Positions 1-8,155 of a DNA stretch of 29,397 bases are shown one piece after another; the stretch's first letter is position 1, and every line of letters begins with the position of its first letter. The DNA lies in IMG/VR virus record IMGVR_UViG_3300044627_000710; one strand, 5' to 3'. The DNA is from an uncultured virus (IMG/VR IMGVR_UViG_3300044627_000710) (Duplodnaviria; Heunggongvirae; Uroviricota; Caudoviricetes). The translations under genes and the position numbers were made by a program. A model generated the notes under the pieces. It was not told the origin of the DNA. It ran no database searches and saw nothing but the letters and a program-made list of their open reading frames with translations.

Positions 1-53
1 CCGCTTGTTGCAAACCACGCTCAGATACATGAGCGAAGAAAAGGAGAAGCGAT

Positions 54-344
54 ATGCAGTTGCCAAAAACAATCAAGGTAAGCCGGACAACGTACAGCGT
101 CCAGCAACCAAAAAGTCTGCCGCGAATGGCGCTCGGGCACATTGACTACGAAAGTAGGACGATCCGCATTGCAAAGCAAGCGCACAACAAAGCAGTTGGC
201 AAGCACGAACGTAGCGACACCTTCTGGCACGAGTTGACCCACGCCATCCTGCACGACATGGACAGCCGACTGGTGAACGACGAGAAGTTTGTGACTCGGT
301 TCGCCTACCGTCTCAACAACGCCATCAACTCAGCAAAGTTCTAA
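54..344 (+). CDS. Small zincin-like (HExxH) putative metallopeptidase, phage protein
   Basis: 96 aa; AAGGAG RBS upstream of ATG 54; motif TFWHELTHAIL followed by NDEKFV (possible third Zn ligand), preceded by G-x-x-x-Y-x-x-x-x-I-x-I strands typical of ImmA/IrrE-like minimal zincins; TAATG overlap with the next gene. Confidence 0.65.
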   Translation: MQLPKTIKVSRTTYSVQQPKSLPRMALGHIDYESRTIRIAKQAHNKAVGKHERSDTFWHELTHAILHDMDSRLVNDEKFVTRFAYRLNNAINSAKF

Positions 345-1006
345 TGAACATCACTTGGTCACACAGCGCCCTCAAGGACTTCGAGGGATGCGCTCGTCGC
401 TACCACGAGGTCAAGGTTCTCAAGAAGTACCCGTTCCAAGAGACGCAGCACACCATCTACGGCAAGGACTTGCACAAAGCGGCTGAGGAATACGTGCGTG
501 ATGGCACGCCCCTGCCGCCGCAGTTCGAGTATGTGAAGGAGACGCTCGATGCGCTCATCGCTAAGCCCGGACGTAAGTTGTGCGAACACGAGATGGGGCT
601 GACCAAGGACTTGCAACCGTGCGCGTTCAATGACCCCAACAGGTGGGTGCGCGGCATCGCCGACTTGCTCATCATCAACGACGACAACTTCACGGCTCGC
701 GTAGTTGATTACAAGACCGGCAACAACAAGTACCCGGACAGGGATCAGCTTGTGCTGATGTCGCTGATGGTGTTCGCGCACTTCCCACACATACGCAAAG
801 TTAGCTCGGCTCTGCTGTTCGTTGTGAAGAACGACATGGTGAAGATGACTATGGTGCGCGAAGATGCTGAGAAGGCGTGGTGGCAGTATCGGGAACGAGT
901 TGCCAAGCTGGAGGCCGCGCACGCCCACGATGTGTGGAACCCCACACAGACACCGCTATGCGGGTGGTGTCAGGTCACTGGATGTGAGTTCAATCCCAAA
1001 CACTAG
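344..1006 (+). CDS. Cas4/RecB-like PD-(D/E)XK exonuclease with probable Fe-S staple
   Basis: 220 aa; N-terminal WSHSALKDFEGCARRY, G-x-x-L-H helix, RGIADLL and VVDYKTG catalytic motifs, QL motif, C-terminal CGWCQVTGC (one N-terminal plus three C-terminal Cys as in Cas4/AddB). Confidence 0.88.
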   Translation: MNITWSHSALKDFEGCARRYHEVKVLKKYPFQETQHTIYGKDLHKAAEEYVRDGTPLPPQFEYVKETLDALIAKPGRKLCEHEMGLTKDLQPCAFNDPNRWVRGIADLLIINDDNFTARVVDYKTGNNKYPDRDQLVLMSLMVFAHFPHIRKVSSALLFVVKNDMVKMTMVREDAEKAWWQYRERVAKLEAAHAHDVWNPTQTPLCGWCQVTGCEFNPKH

Positions 1007-1015
1007 GAGGTAATC

Positions 1016-1288
1016 ATGCCCTACGTCAACAAGCCCCGCCCCTACAAGAAAGAGTACGAGCAGTACGATGGGACGGAAGCGGTCAAGAAGAAACGTGCTC
1101 AACGCAACAAGGCGCGGCGCATGCTTGAGCGCGAGGGAGTTGTCAGCAAGGGCGATGGTAAAGATGTTGACCACAAGCAACCGCTATCCAAAGGGGGAGC
1201 GACGACGCGCTCCAACCTCAAGGCGGTGAAGGCAAGTGCGAACAGGTCGTACGCACGTAACAGCGACCACACAATAAAGGAGAAGTGA
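1016..1288 (+). CDS. Small HNH endonuclease-family protein
   Basis: 90 aa; AGGAGG RBS; basic N-terminus then KGDGKDVDHKQPLSKGG...SNL...SANRS (H-N-N type beta-beta-alpha-Me motif). Confidence 0.8.
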   Translation: MPYVNKPRPYKKEYEQYDGTEAVKKKRAQRNKARRMLEREGVVSKGDGKDVDHKQPLSKGGATTRSNLKAVKASANRSYARNSDHTIKEK

Positions 1289-1620
1289 TGACACTAGATG
1301 ATGCTCTTAACAAAATAGGGAACTGGCACACAACCCACAACACCATGTACCCAGTTGGCGGCGGCGTGATCGACACGCGCTATCCCACACCAAAAGCGTT
1401 TGTCACGAGCGAGATGCTTGACCATGACGCGTTCAAGATTCCCCTGAGCACGTTGATGGACATGTGGCTTGCTCGATTTGGCAACGACTGGGTGGACACC
1501 GCGACCTTGCAAGACGATCAGTTCTTCGCCATAGCGGCGGAGCGACTGCGCTCAACTGGGCAACTTGAGTCGCACTACCTGACTGACCGTGCGCGATTCG
1601 TTTGTCGCAAGGCTGAGTGA
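1288..1620 (+). CDS. Hypothetical phage protein
   Basis: About 110 aa; AAGGAG RBS; TGATG overlap with the HNH stop (alternative GTG start at 1285); fills the gap between flanking genes exactly. Confidence 0.7.
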   Translation: MTLDDALNKIGNWHTTHNTMYPVGGGVIDTRYPTPKAFVTSEMLDHDAFKIPLSTLMDMWLARFGNDWVDTATLQDDQFFAIAAERLRSTGQLESHYLTDRARFVCRKAE

Positions 1621-1622
1621 TC

Positions 1623-3185
1623 ATGCAGATCGTTGACAACAAAGCGTTGGTTGTCCGAACGCGTAACCCGGACAAGTACACCGTCATCCCCAAGCACAAG
1701 GTCATCCCTCGTTCCGATGGCGGCTTCGATGTGGCCGTCTACTGGGGGCTGGACGAAGCGCGGGTGCTCAAGAACCTGGGCGTCAAGAACGTACCGTCAC
1801 CCATTACCAAGAAGTACGACTGGCCGGGGCGCTACACCCCGATGCAGCACCAGATCGACACCGCATCATTCCTGACCCTACACCGCCGCGCCTTCTGCTT
1901 CAACGACCCCGGTACGGGTAAGACGTTGTCGGCATTGTGGGCGGCTGACTACCTGATGAAGCGTGGTGAGGTGCGCCGCGTGCTGATCCTGTGCCCCCTG
2001 TCGATCATGCACAGCGCGTGGATGCAGGACATCAGCAACTCAGTGATACATCGCAGTGCCATCGTCGCGCACCATCAGCAAGCCTCACGGCGAGTTGAGA
2101 TGATTCAGCAGGACTACGAGTTCGTCATCACCAACTACGATGGGCTGAACCTGATTGCACGAGAAGTTAAGAACGATGGGCGCTTTGATTTAGTTATTGT
2201 TGATGAGGCCAACGCCTACAAGAACCCGCAGACACAGCGGTGGAAGGCACTTGCCTCGATCATCACGCCCGACACTTATCTGTGGATGATGACGGGCACG
2301 CCCGCATCGCAGTCGCCAATCGACGCTTACGGTCTGGCCAAGTTGGTCAACCCAACAGGTGTGCCTAAGTTCTACACGGCTTGGCGCGACAAGGTGATGT
2401 ACAAGGTGACCAACTTCAAGTGGGCGCCTAAGCCGCAAGCGAAGGACATGGTGCACGAGGCACTGCAACCTGCAATACGTTTTACCAAAGACCAGTGCCT
2501 TGACCTGCCCCCGGTGATGACGGTGACGCGTGACGTGCCCATGACGCCTCAGCAGAACAAGTACTACCGCATGCTCAAGGAGCAGATGCTCGTCATGGCC
2601 GCAGGTGAGACGATCTCAGCGGTCAACGCAGGGGTGGCCGTCAACAAGTTGCTCCAGATCAGTTGCGGTGCGGCATACACCGACGACAAAGAAGTTGTGG
2701 TGTTCGACTCGGCCCCGCGCCTGTCGGTGCTCAACGAGATACTGGAGGAGACTGCACGCAAGGTGATCGTCTTTGCTTTGTTCCGCAGTAGCATCGACAC
2801 GATCAGCGAGTACCTGACCAAGCACGGCGTAGGCAACGCACAGATACATGGCGACGTGTCGGCAACCAAGCGTGCGCAGATCATCAACGACTTCCAGACC
2901 ACAGACACTGTGCGCGTCCTCGTGCTGCAACCACAGGCTACGGCGCACGGCATCACGCTGACTGCCGCTGATACGGTGGTGTTCTACGGGCCGTTGATGA
3001 GCGTTGAGATGTACATGCAGTGCATCGCTCGGGTTGACCGCAAGGGGCAGTCGTCCAACAAGGTCACAGTTGTCCACATCCAGTCCTCCCATATAGAGAA
3101 GAAGTTGTTCACAGCGATGTCCACAAAGGTCGATGACCACGCGTTGCTGAGCAAGATGTTCGAGAGCGAGGCGCAAGAAATTTGA
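1623..3185 (+). CDS. SNF2-family (SF2) DNA helicase/translocase
   Basis: About 520 aa; Walker A DPGTGKT, motif Ia ILCPLS, motif II VIVDEAN, motif III MTGTP, KLLQI, HGITLTAAD (V), QCIARVDRKGQ (VI); ATG at 1623 preferred over GTG at 1617. Confidence 0.92.
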   Translation: MQIVDNKALVVRTRNPDKYTVIPKHKVIPRSDGGFDVAVYWGLDEARVLKNLGVKNVPSPITKKYDWPGRYTPMQHQIDTASFLTLHRRAFCFNDPGTGKTLSALWAADYLMKRGEVRRVLILCPLSIMHSAWMQDISNSVIHRSAIVAHHQQASRRVEMIQQDYEFVITNYDGLNLIAREVKNDGRFDLVIVDEANAYKNPQTQRWKALASIITPDTYLWMMTGTPASQSPIDAYGLAKLVNPTGVPKFYTAWRDKVMYKVTNFKWAPKPQAKDMVHEALQPAIRFTKDQCLDLPPVMTVTRDVPMTPQQNKYYRMLKEQMLVMAAGETISAVNAGVAVNKLLQISCGAAYTDDKEVVVFDSAPRLSVLNEILEETARKVIVFALFRSSIDTISEYLTKHGVGNAQIHGDVSATKRAQIINDFQTTDTVRVLVLQPQATAHGITLTAADTVVFYGPLMSVEMYMQCIARVDRKGQSSNKVTVVHIQSSHIEKKLFTAMSTKVDDHALLSKMFESEAQEI

Positions 3186-3195
3186 AGAAAGGGGG

Positions 3196-3223
3196 TTGCG
3201 TTTGTACGCGTTCCATGTATGAT
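3196..3223 (+). promoter_or_regulatory. Putative sigma70-type promoter
   Basis: TTGCGT (3196-3201), 16-nt spacer, TATGAT (3218-3223) in the largest intergenic gap of the + arm, followed by a TAAGGAG RBS. Confidence 0.55.
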
Positions 3224-3238
3224 GTCCAATCTTAGACA
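3223..3238. promoter_or_regulatory. Putative operator (16-bp imperfect palindrome)
   Basis: TGTCCAATCTTAGACA matches its reverse complement TGTCTAAGATTGGACA at 12/16 positions; it overlaps the -10 box and the predicted start site. Confidence 0.5.
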
Positions 3239-3253
3239 AATAAGGAGAAGCAG

Positions 3254-3667
3254 ATGAGTGAAGAAGTTGAAGCGCCGTTACCCCTCGACAAGTTAGCGAG
3301 GGTGTACCGCAAGATGCAGTCCAAGATACAGGAACTGACTGCCACCTACGAGTCCGAAGTCGAGCGCATCAGGACTCAGCAGGATGCCATCAAGACTGCA
3401 ATGAAAGACCAAATGTTGTCGCTTGGTGTGAAGACCGTTCGCACCGACGAAGGCACTGTGGTGCTGTCTACCAAGACGCGCTACAACACCCAAGACTGGG
3501 ACTCGTTCAAGCAATTCGTGGTACAGCATGAAGCCGTGGACTTGCTTGAGCGCAGGATTGCGCAAGGCAACATGGCGCAGTTCCTCGATGAGAACCCCGG
3601 TCTTGTTCCCCCTGGGCTGAACTCCATGACGGAGTACGCCATTTCTGTTCGTAAACCAACTCGTTAA
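3254..3667 (+). CDS. Phage replication-module protein (N-terminal coiled coil; function unknown)
   Basis: 137 aa; strong TAAGGAG RBS; helical N-half, then GVKTVRTDEGTV...DWDSFKQFV...DLLERRI...VPPGLN, a pattern I recognise from uncharacterised phage proteins encoded next to SSB genes. Confidence 0.7.
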   Translation: MSEEVEAPLPLDKLARVYRKMQSKIQELTATYESEVERIRTQQDAIKTAMKDQMLSLGVKTVRTDEGTVVLSTKTRYNTQDWDSFKQFVVQHEAVDLLERRIAQGNMAQFLDENPGLVPPGLNSMTEYAISVRKPTR

Positions 3668-3677
3668 GGAGAAGTCC

Positions 3678-4598
3678 GTGAGTAACATTACTACCTTCAA
3701 CCCGTCCAATGTCCCGGCGTTTGCCCGTAACCGCACACAAACAAGTTCGCTGTCTAAGGCGCTTGCAGGTGGCGACATGGGGGGCGGCAACCGCATCAGC
3801 ATCAAAGGCGGCACGTTCCGCTTGATCAGCGGTGGCAAGGAGATTGCACAGGTCGAAGAACGCTACCTCGATGTAGTGGTCGTCAACGCCGCGCCCAAGA
3901 TCGCCCGTGTGTTCTACGCCAAGGCATACGATGGTGACTCGCCTAGCGGCCCTGACTGCTGGTCGCCTGACGGTGAAAAGCCCAGTGCCGATGCTTCCAA
4001 CAAGCAAGCCGACACGTGCGCTTCGTGCTCTCAGAACATCGCAGGGTCTGGCAACGGCAACAGCCGCGCTTGCCGCTATCAGCAACGTGTTGCTGTGGTG
4101 CTTGCCAACAACATGCAGGGCGATGTGCTTCAACTGACTGTCCCGGCTACGTCTATCTTCGGCAAGGAAGATGGTGAGAACCGTCCTCTGCAAGCCTACG
4201 CTCGTTGGTTGTCTGCACAGAACATTGAGCCAAGCGAAGTCATCACCCGCATGAAGTTCGATCAGAAGTCAGAAGCGCCCAAGCTGTTCTTCAAGGCTAT
4301 GCGTTGGCTGACTGATGACGAGCACGAGATCGCGGCCAAGCAAGGCGACAGCGCCGATGCGCGCAAAGCCATCACCATGACGGTGGCTAAGATGGACAAC
4401 GTGCCTAGCGTTGCGGCCCCGGCTCAGCTTGAAGGTTCACGCCCGACAGCCAAAAGCAAGAAGGAGAAACCCGAGGTTGTTGAGGTGGCGGCTGACGATG
4501 AGGAACCGTCTGTGCGTAAGGAAGAGAAAAAACCTAACGCAGTGCCTGCCAAGAATTCCAATGTTGCCAAGGCTGTGGCAGAGTGGGATGACGAGTAA
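3678..4598 (+). CDS. Putative Zn-binding single-stranded DNA-binding/annealing protein
   Basis: 306 aa; TAAGGAG RBS with GTG start; four Cys (PDCWSPDG, TCASC, RACRY); Lys/Glu/Pro-rich flexible tail ending in acidic-aromatic AEWDDE; located between helicase and primase. Confidence 0.6.
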   Translation: MSNITTFNPSNVPAFARNRTQTSSLSKALAGGDMGGGNRISIKGGTFRLISGGKEIAQVEERYLDVVVVNAAPKIARVFYAKAYDGDSPSGPDCWSPDGEKPSADASNKQADTCASCSQNIAGSGNGNSRACRYQQRVAVVLANNMQGDVLQLTVPATSIFGKEDGENRPLQAYARWLSAQNIEPSEVITRMKFDQKSEAPKLFFKAMRWLTDDEHEIAAKQGDSADARKAITMTVAKMDNVPSVAAPAQLEGSRPTAKSKKEKPEVVEVAADDEEPSVRKEEKKPNAVPAKNSNVAKAVAEWDDE

Positions 4599-4604
4599 TT
4601 GCAC

Positions 4605-4624
4605 GGGGCTTCGGCCCCTTTTTT
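4605..4624 (+). terminator. Rho-independent terminator
   Basis: GGGGC-TTCG-GCCCC hairpin (UUCG tetraloop) followed by TTTTTT, 6 nt after the stop of the SSB-like gene. Confidence 0.85.
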
Positions 4625-4627
4625 AAC

Positions 4628-4906
4628 ATGCCCTACTCAACTAAAACCGTAGCCACTGTCAAGAACGCGCCCAAAACTTTGGGCAACCGACTTGGCAGGT
4701 GGGCGGTGCACCTCGACTTCCCCGTTGCTCGAATCGCTTACATCACTGGCGTGTCGCGCCAGACCGTGTACAACTGGTTCAATGGTGGGGAAGTCTTTGT
4801 TGCTTACCGTCCTCCCGTTGAAGCACTGCTCAAGTTGCTTCAGTCATCAACAACAAATGAAGAAGCGTGGATCAAAGCATGCAAGGCATTCAATATTCAA
4901 GCCTGA
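4628..4906 (+). CDS. Cro/XRE-like helix-turn-helix DNA-binding protein
   Basis: 92 aa; VARIAYITGVSRQTVYNWFNG is a canonical HTH. Confidence 0.8.
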   Translation: MPYSTKTVATVKNAPKTLGNRLGRWAVHLDFPVARIAYITGVSRQTVYNWFNGGEVFVAYRPPVEALLKLLQSSTTNEEAWIKACKAFNIQA

Positions 4907-5076
4907 GCGACGAGGAATTCGAGCGCATGGTCTACATGACCCTTGGTAACGCAGGAGCATTGCCACCAGAAGTTGCCAAAGAACTGGCCTACCGCACCGC
5001 CAACAACGGGCGCGACCAAGAGCACAACGCCGCTGCCAACAACCCGAACCAACTCAACCTGCCCTTAGACCAGTAA
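4879..5076 (+). CDS. Small hypothetical protein with C-terminal QLNLPL (beta-clamp-motif-like)
   Basis: 65 aa from ATG 4879 (GTG 4867 is an alternative); overlaps the end of the HTH gene and ends 15 nt before the primase start. Confidence 0.6.
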   Translation: MQGIQYSSLSDEEFERMVYMTLGNAGALPPEVAKELAYRTANNGRDQEHNAAANNPNQLNLPLDQ

Positions 5077-5091
5077 CCCCGAAGGACGTTT

Positions 5092-8010
5092 ATGACCCCG
5101 CTTGAGTTTCTAGCGGTGGTTCTGCCGTCGCCGGGTCACGGGTACTACTGCGCGGTTGAACTCACAACAAAGAGGAAGGAGCACGTTTATGAAGAAGCAA
5201 TGGAGGCATTGCAACCCGCCGTAGACAAGTGGGACGGCAAAGATCGTGACATCTATTTCGCGCTTGCCACCTATGCGGAGAAGGGTAGCCGGGAAGCCGT
5301 CAACACCAAGTACCTCAAGTCCTTGTTCATCGACATGGACGGGTACGAGTCGAAGAAAGCCGCCGCGCTTGCGCTAAACACATTCCTGGCTGAGACAGGG
5401 CTTGCCGCGCTCGGTGATCCTTGGCTTGTGTCTTCGGGTGGAGGCATTCACGCGTACTGGCCATTGACCGCTGAGGTTGAGACGGCCAAGTGGAAACCTG
5501 TTGCTGAGAACTTCAAGCGCCTGTGCAAGCACAAAGGGCTGAGCATCGACATGACGGTGACAGCGGATGCGGCACGGGTGCTGAGGTATCTCGGTACGCG
5601 CAACCACAAGAAGGAGTACGGCACACCGCGTGAGGTTAAGTTACTGCTGCCGGGAGGCAGCTTCAACTTTGAAGAGATAGCTGCACAGATTCAGTCACAA
5701 CTCCCCACCGCGCAAGTAGTGCCGCTCACCGTGCCGTTGGCGGGTACGCGGCCCAAGCGTGTAGGGACAACACCTGCGGTCAAGCTCGTCGAGAACAGTA
5801 CCACGCTGTTTCAGAACATCGTGGACAAAACCAATGCTGGCTCGGGCTGTGGTCAGCTTAAGAGCTACATGGAGCGCCCGTCTGAGGACGGGTTGGAGCC
5901 GATCTGGCGTGGGCTTCTGTCGTGGACTAAGGTGTGCGCCGATGGCGAGGAGTGGTCGAAGACCCTCAGCGACATGCACCCCTACGACGAGCAACGCATG
6001 CTCACCAAACTTCGTGAGATCAAGGGGCCGTACCCCTGCACGAAGATGGACAGCGAGAACCCCGGCCTTTGCACAAGTTGCCCCCACTGGGGCAAGGTCA
6101 CTAACCCATTAGTATTTGGCCGCGTACTGCTCACGGACAACACCGAGAAAGTTATCTCGACGCCAGAGCCAGCGTCCACATTTGAGGATGAGTTCGATCA
6201 AGACTTTGAAGACAACGCGCATGAGCCTGTACTTTCTGTCGTACGTCCCAAGCCACCCAAAGGATTCAGCTACGGAGTCAAAGGCGGCGTCTACTGCGAA
6301 AAGGAAGAGAAAGACGCCCAAGGAAACAAAATCACGCGTTCAGTTGAGATACTGCCCTATGACTTGTTTGTGGTTGACGTTCTAAAACAAGAGGTTGATC
6401 ACCAAGTGCACTTGGTTGCCGTGCGCAACGGTGTGCCGATGACCATCATCATGCCGCAGAAGGCCGTCGTCAGTAAGGACGAAACCGTCAAGTGGCTGGC
6501 TTCGCAGAACATCATCGCGTCCTATGGCTCGGGTAATGACGCCAACTTGTTTGCCTACATCCGGGCATGCGTGGCTGAAGCGTCTTTGCGCAAACCTATT
6601 GATGTGCCAACGCAGATGGGTTGGCAAGAGGATGGGTCGTTCGTACTGAATCACCGCGTCTTGTACAAAGACGGCACAGAGAAGCTCATCCCCATGCCGG
6701 GGCTTGAGAACCTCAACCGCAACACCATCACCAAAGGCAACATCAACGGGTGGCGCAAGGTATGGAACGTGTTCATCAAACGCGAGATGCACACGCTCTT
6801 GGCAGTATCCGCAGATACGTTCGGCTCTACGCTGATGCGCTTCACGGAACAACAAGGCTTTGTCTGGCACATCGGCGCACGCAAGTCGGGTACTGGTAAG
6901 TCGCTGACACTGAGTGCCAAGGCGGGTGTGTGGGGACACCCCGTGCGCTACAGAACGGGCAAAGGCACATCCCCGGTAGCCATGCAACAACGTGCAGGTC
7001 TGCTCAACTGTCTGCCTTTGCTGATTGACGAGATCACGGCGACTCAACGCGCCAACATGGAGTGGGCGCCTGCTTTCATCTTTGATCTCTCCGAAGGCCA
7101 GGGCAAGGAGCGCATGGAGTCCGGCGCTAACAAGGAGCGCATCAACAACTCCACGTGGGGTCTGACTTGCACGATGACTTCCAACACCATCCTGACCGAC
7201 TACATGTCAGGAGCGCGGCTTCACAGTTCCAACGGCGAGTTGTTGCGCATGCTGGAGTGGACGCCTAACGAGCCGCTTCAGTGGAACGCTGAGGAGCGTG
7301 AGACGCTCAAGTTGCTCAACAAGCACTACGGTGTAGCAGGTGAGATGTGGGTGCGGTGGCTTGTCCAGAACCAAGATTTGGCTAGGGACATGGTTGCTAA
7401 GGTGCAGGTCAAACTGGCTGAGGACTTCAAGTTCACCGACGACGAGCGTTATTGGTTAGCGGCATGTGCCACTACGGTGGCGGCGGCTATTCTGTTGGGC
7501 GACAAGTACGCCGGGATCATTAATCTCCCGATCAAGGGCATCGTACAGGCGCTCAAGGAGATCGTTCAGAAAGCGCGGTCTAACTTCAAGCAGAACGCTA
7601 CTAGCGCCGAGGACGTGCTCAACGCCTACACCCGTGACAACTACGGCGGCTTCATCGTTATCCGCAAGGCTGAGGGTAAGTTGCTTGCGTCCTGGGGCGA
7701 TGGCGAGACGGTGGATAAATCGATCACCCGGTCTAAGGTACTTGGGCGCGTGGAGCACGGGCTACTTCAGCCGGGGTTTGTTGAGTACTACATCGAGGAG
7801 CAACTGCTCAAACGCCACTGTGTTGCCATGAGCTATGGCTACGACGAGTTCAAAGAGCAGATGGTCAACAAGTTCTTGGCCACCTTCGTCAAGAAAGACA
7901 TGATGTCCAAGACCAACGGCCCATCAATGCGGGTGAACGCCATCCATATCCGCAGACCTGTTGAGGATCACGAGAGTGCGCTGTCCGTGGAAACACCTGC
8001 GCCCCGGTAA
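5092..8010 (+). CDS. DNA primase-helicase: RepB/AEP-type primase, Cys-rich (PriL-CTD-like) domain, DUF927/Cch-like AAA+ helicase
   Basis: 972 aa; LFIDMD (DxD), SSGGGIHAYW, DAARVLR primase motifs; CGQL...KVC...YPCTKM...LCTSCPH Cys cluster; QMGWQEDGSFV (DUF927-like); Walker A GARKSGTGKS, Walker B LLIDEIT, GQGKER. Confidence 0.88.
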   Translation: MTPLEFLAVVLPSPGHGYYCAVELTTKRKEHVYEEAMEALQPAVDKWDGKDRDIYFALATYAEKGSREAVNTKYLKSLFIDMDGYESKKAAALALNTFLAETGLAALGDPWLVSSGGGIHAYWPLTAEVETAKWKPVAENFKRLCKHKGLSIDMTVTADAARVLRYLGTRNHKKEYGTPREVKLLLPGGSFNFEEIAAQIQSQLPTAQVVPLTVPLAGTRPKRVGTTPAVKLVENSTTLFQNIVDKTNAGSGCGQLKSYMERPSEDGLEPIWRGLLSWTKVCADGEEWSKTLSDMHPYDEQRMLTKLREIKGPYPCTKMDSENPGLCTSCPHWGKVTNPLVFGRVLLTDNTEKVISTPEPASTFEDEFDQDFEDNAHEPVLSVVRPKPPKGFSYGVKGGVYCEKEEKDAQGNKITRSVEILPYDLFVVDVLKQEVDHQVHLVAVRNGVPMTIIMPQKAVVSKDETVKWLASQNIIASYGSGNDANLFAYIRACVAEASLRKPIDVPTQMGWQEDGSFVLNHRVLYKDGTEKLIPMPGLENLNRNTITKGNINGWRKVWNVFIKREMHTLLAVSADTFGSTLMRFTEQQGFVWHIGARKSGTGKSLTLSAKAGVWGHPVRYRTGKGTSPVAMQQRAGLLNCLPLLIDEITATQRANMEWAPAFIFDLSEGQGKERMESGANKERINNSTWGLTCTMTSNTILTDYMSGARLHSSNGELLRMLEWTPNEPLQWNAEERETLKLLNKHYGVAGEMWVRWLVQNQDLARDMVAKVQVKLAEDFKFTDDERYWLAACATTVAAAILLGDKYAGIINLPIKGIVQALKEIVQKARSNFKQNATSAEDVLNAYTRDNYGGFIVIRKAEGKLLASWGDGETVDKSITRSKVLGRVEHGLLQPGFVEYYIEEQLLKRHCVAMSYGYDEFKEQMVNKFLATFVKKDMMSKTNGPSMRVNAIHIRRPVEDHESALSVETPAPR

Positions 8011-8155
8011 CGGGTTCTTCGTGCCCTCACTTGATCCGATGAAGACGCGGGAGCTTTTGCTCAGGGAGTCTATTAAGTACAAACTCCCGGTCCGCGCCTC
8101 CATCGGGGTCAAGAAAGGTCTGCTTGGAGTTTGGTTTTATCTGACGCATCTCTGA
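7961..8155 (+). CDS. Small basic hypothetical phage protein, possibly DNA-binding
   Basis: 59-64 aa (TTG 7961, or GTG 7976 preceded by GAGGA); PW-x-x-L-x-x-G-x-GFFVP...GVWF pattern recalled from small phage proteins; overlaps the primase 3' end and, antisense, the giant gene 3' end. Confidence 0.55.
   Translation: MRITRVRCPWKHLRPGNGFFVPSLDPMKTRELLLRESIKYKLPVRASIGVKKGLLGVWFYLTHL

Noticed and set aside
1..53. 3' end of an upstream gene
   Set aside because: Too little sequence to establish frame or identity
344..1006. Cas4-like gene as evidence of a CRISPR-Cas system
   Set aside because: No repeat-spacer array or other cas genes seen; solo Cas4-like nucleases are routine in phage replication modules
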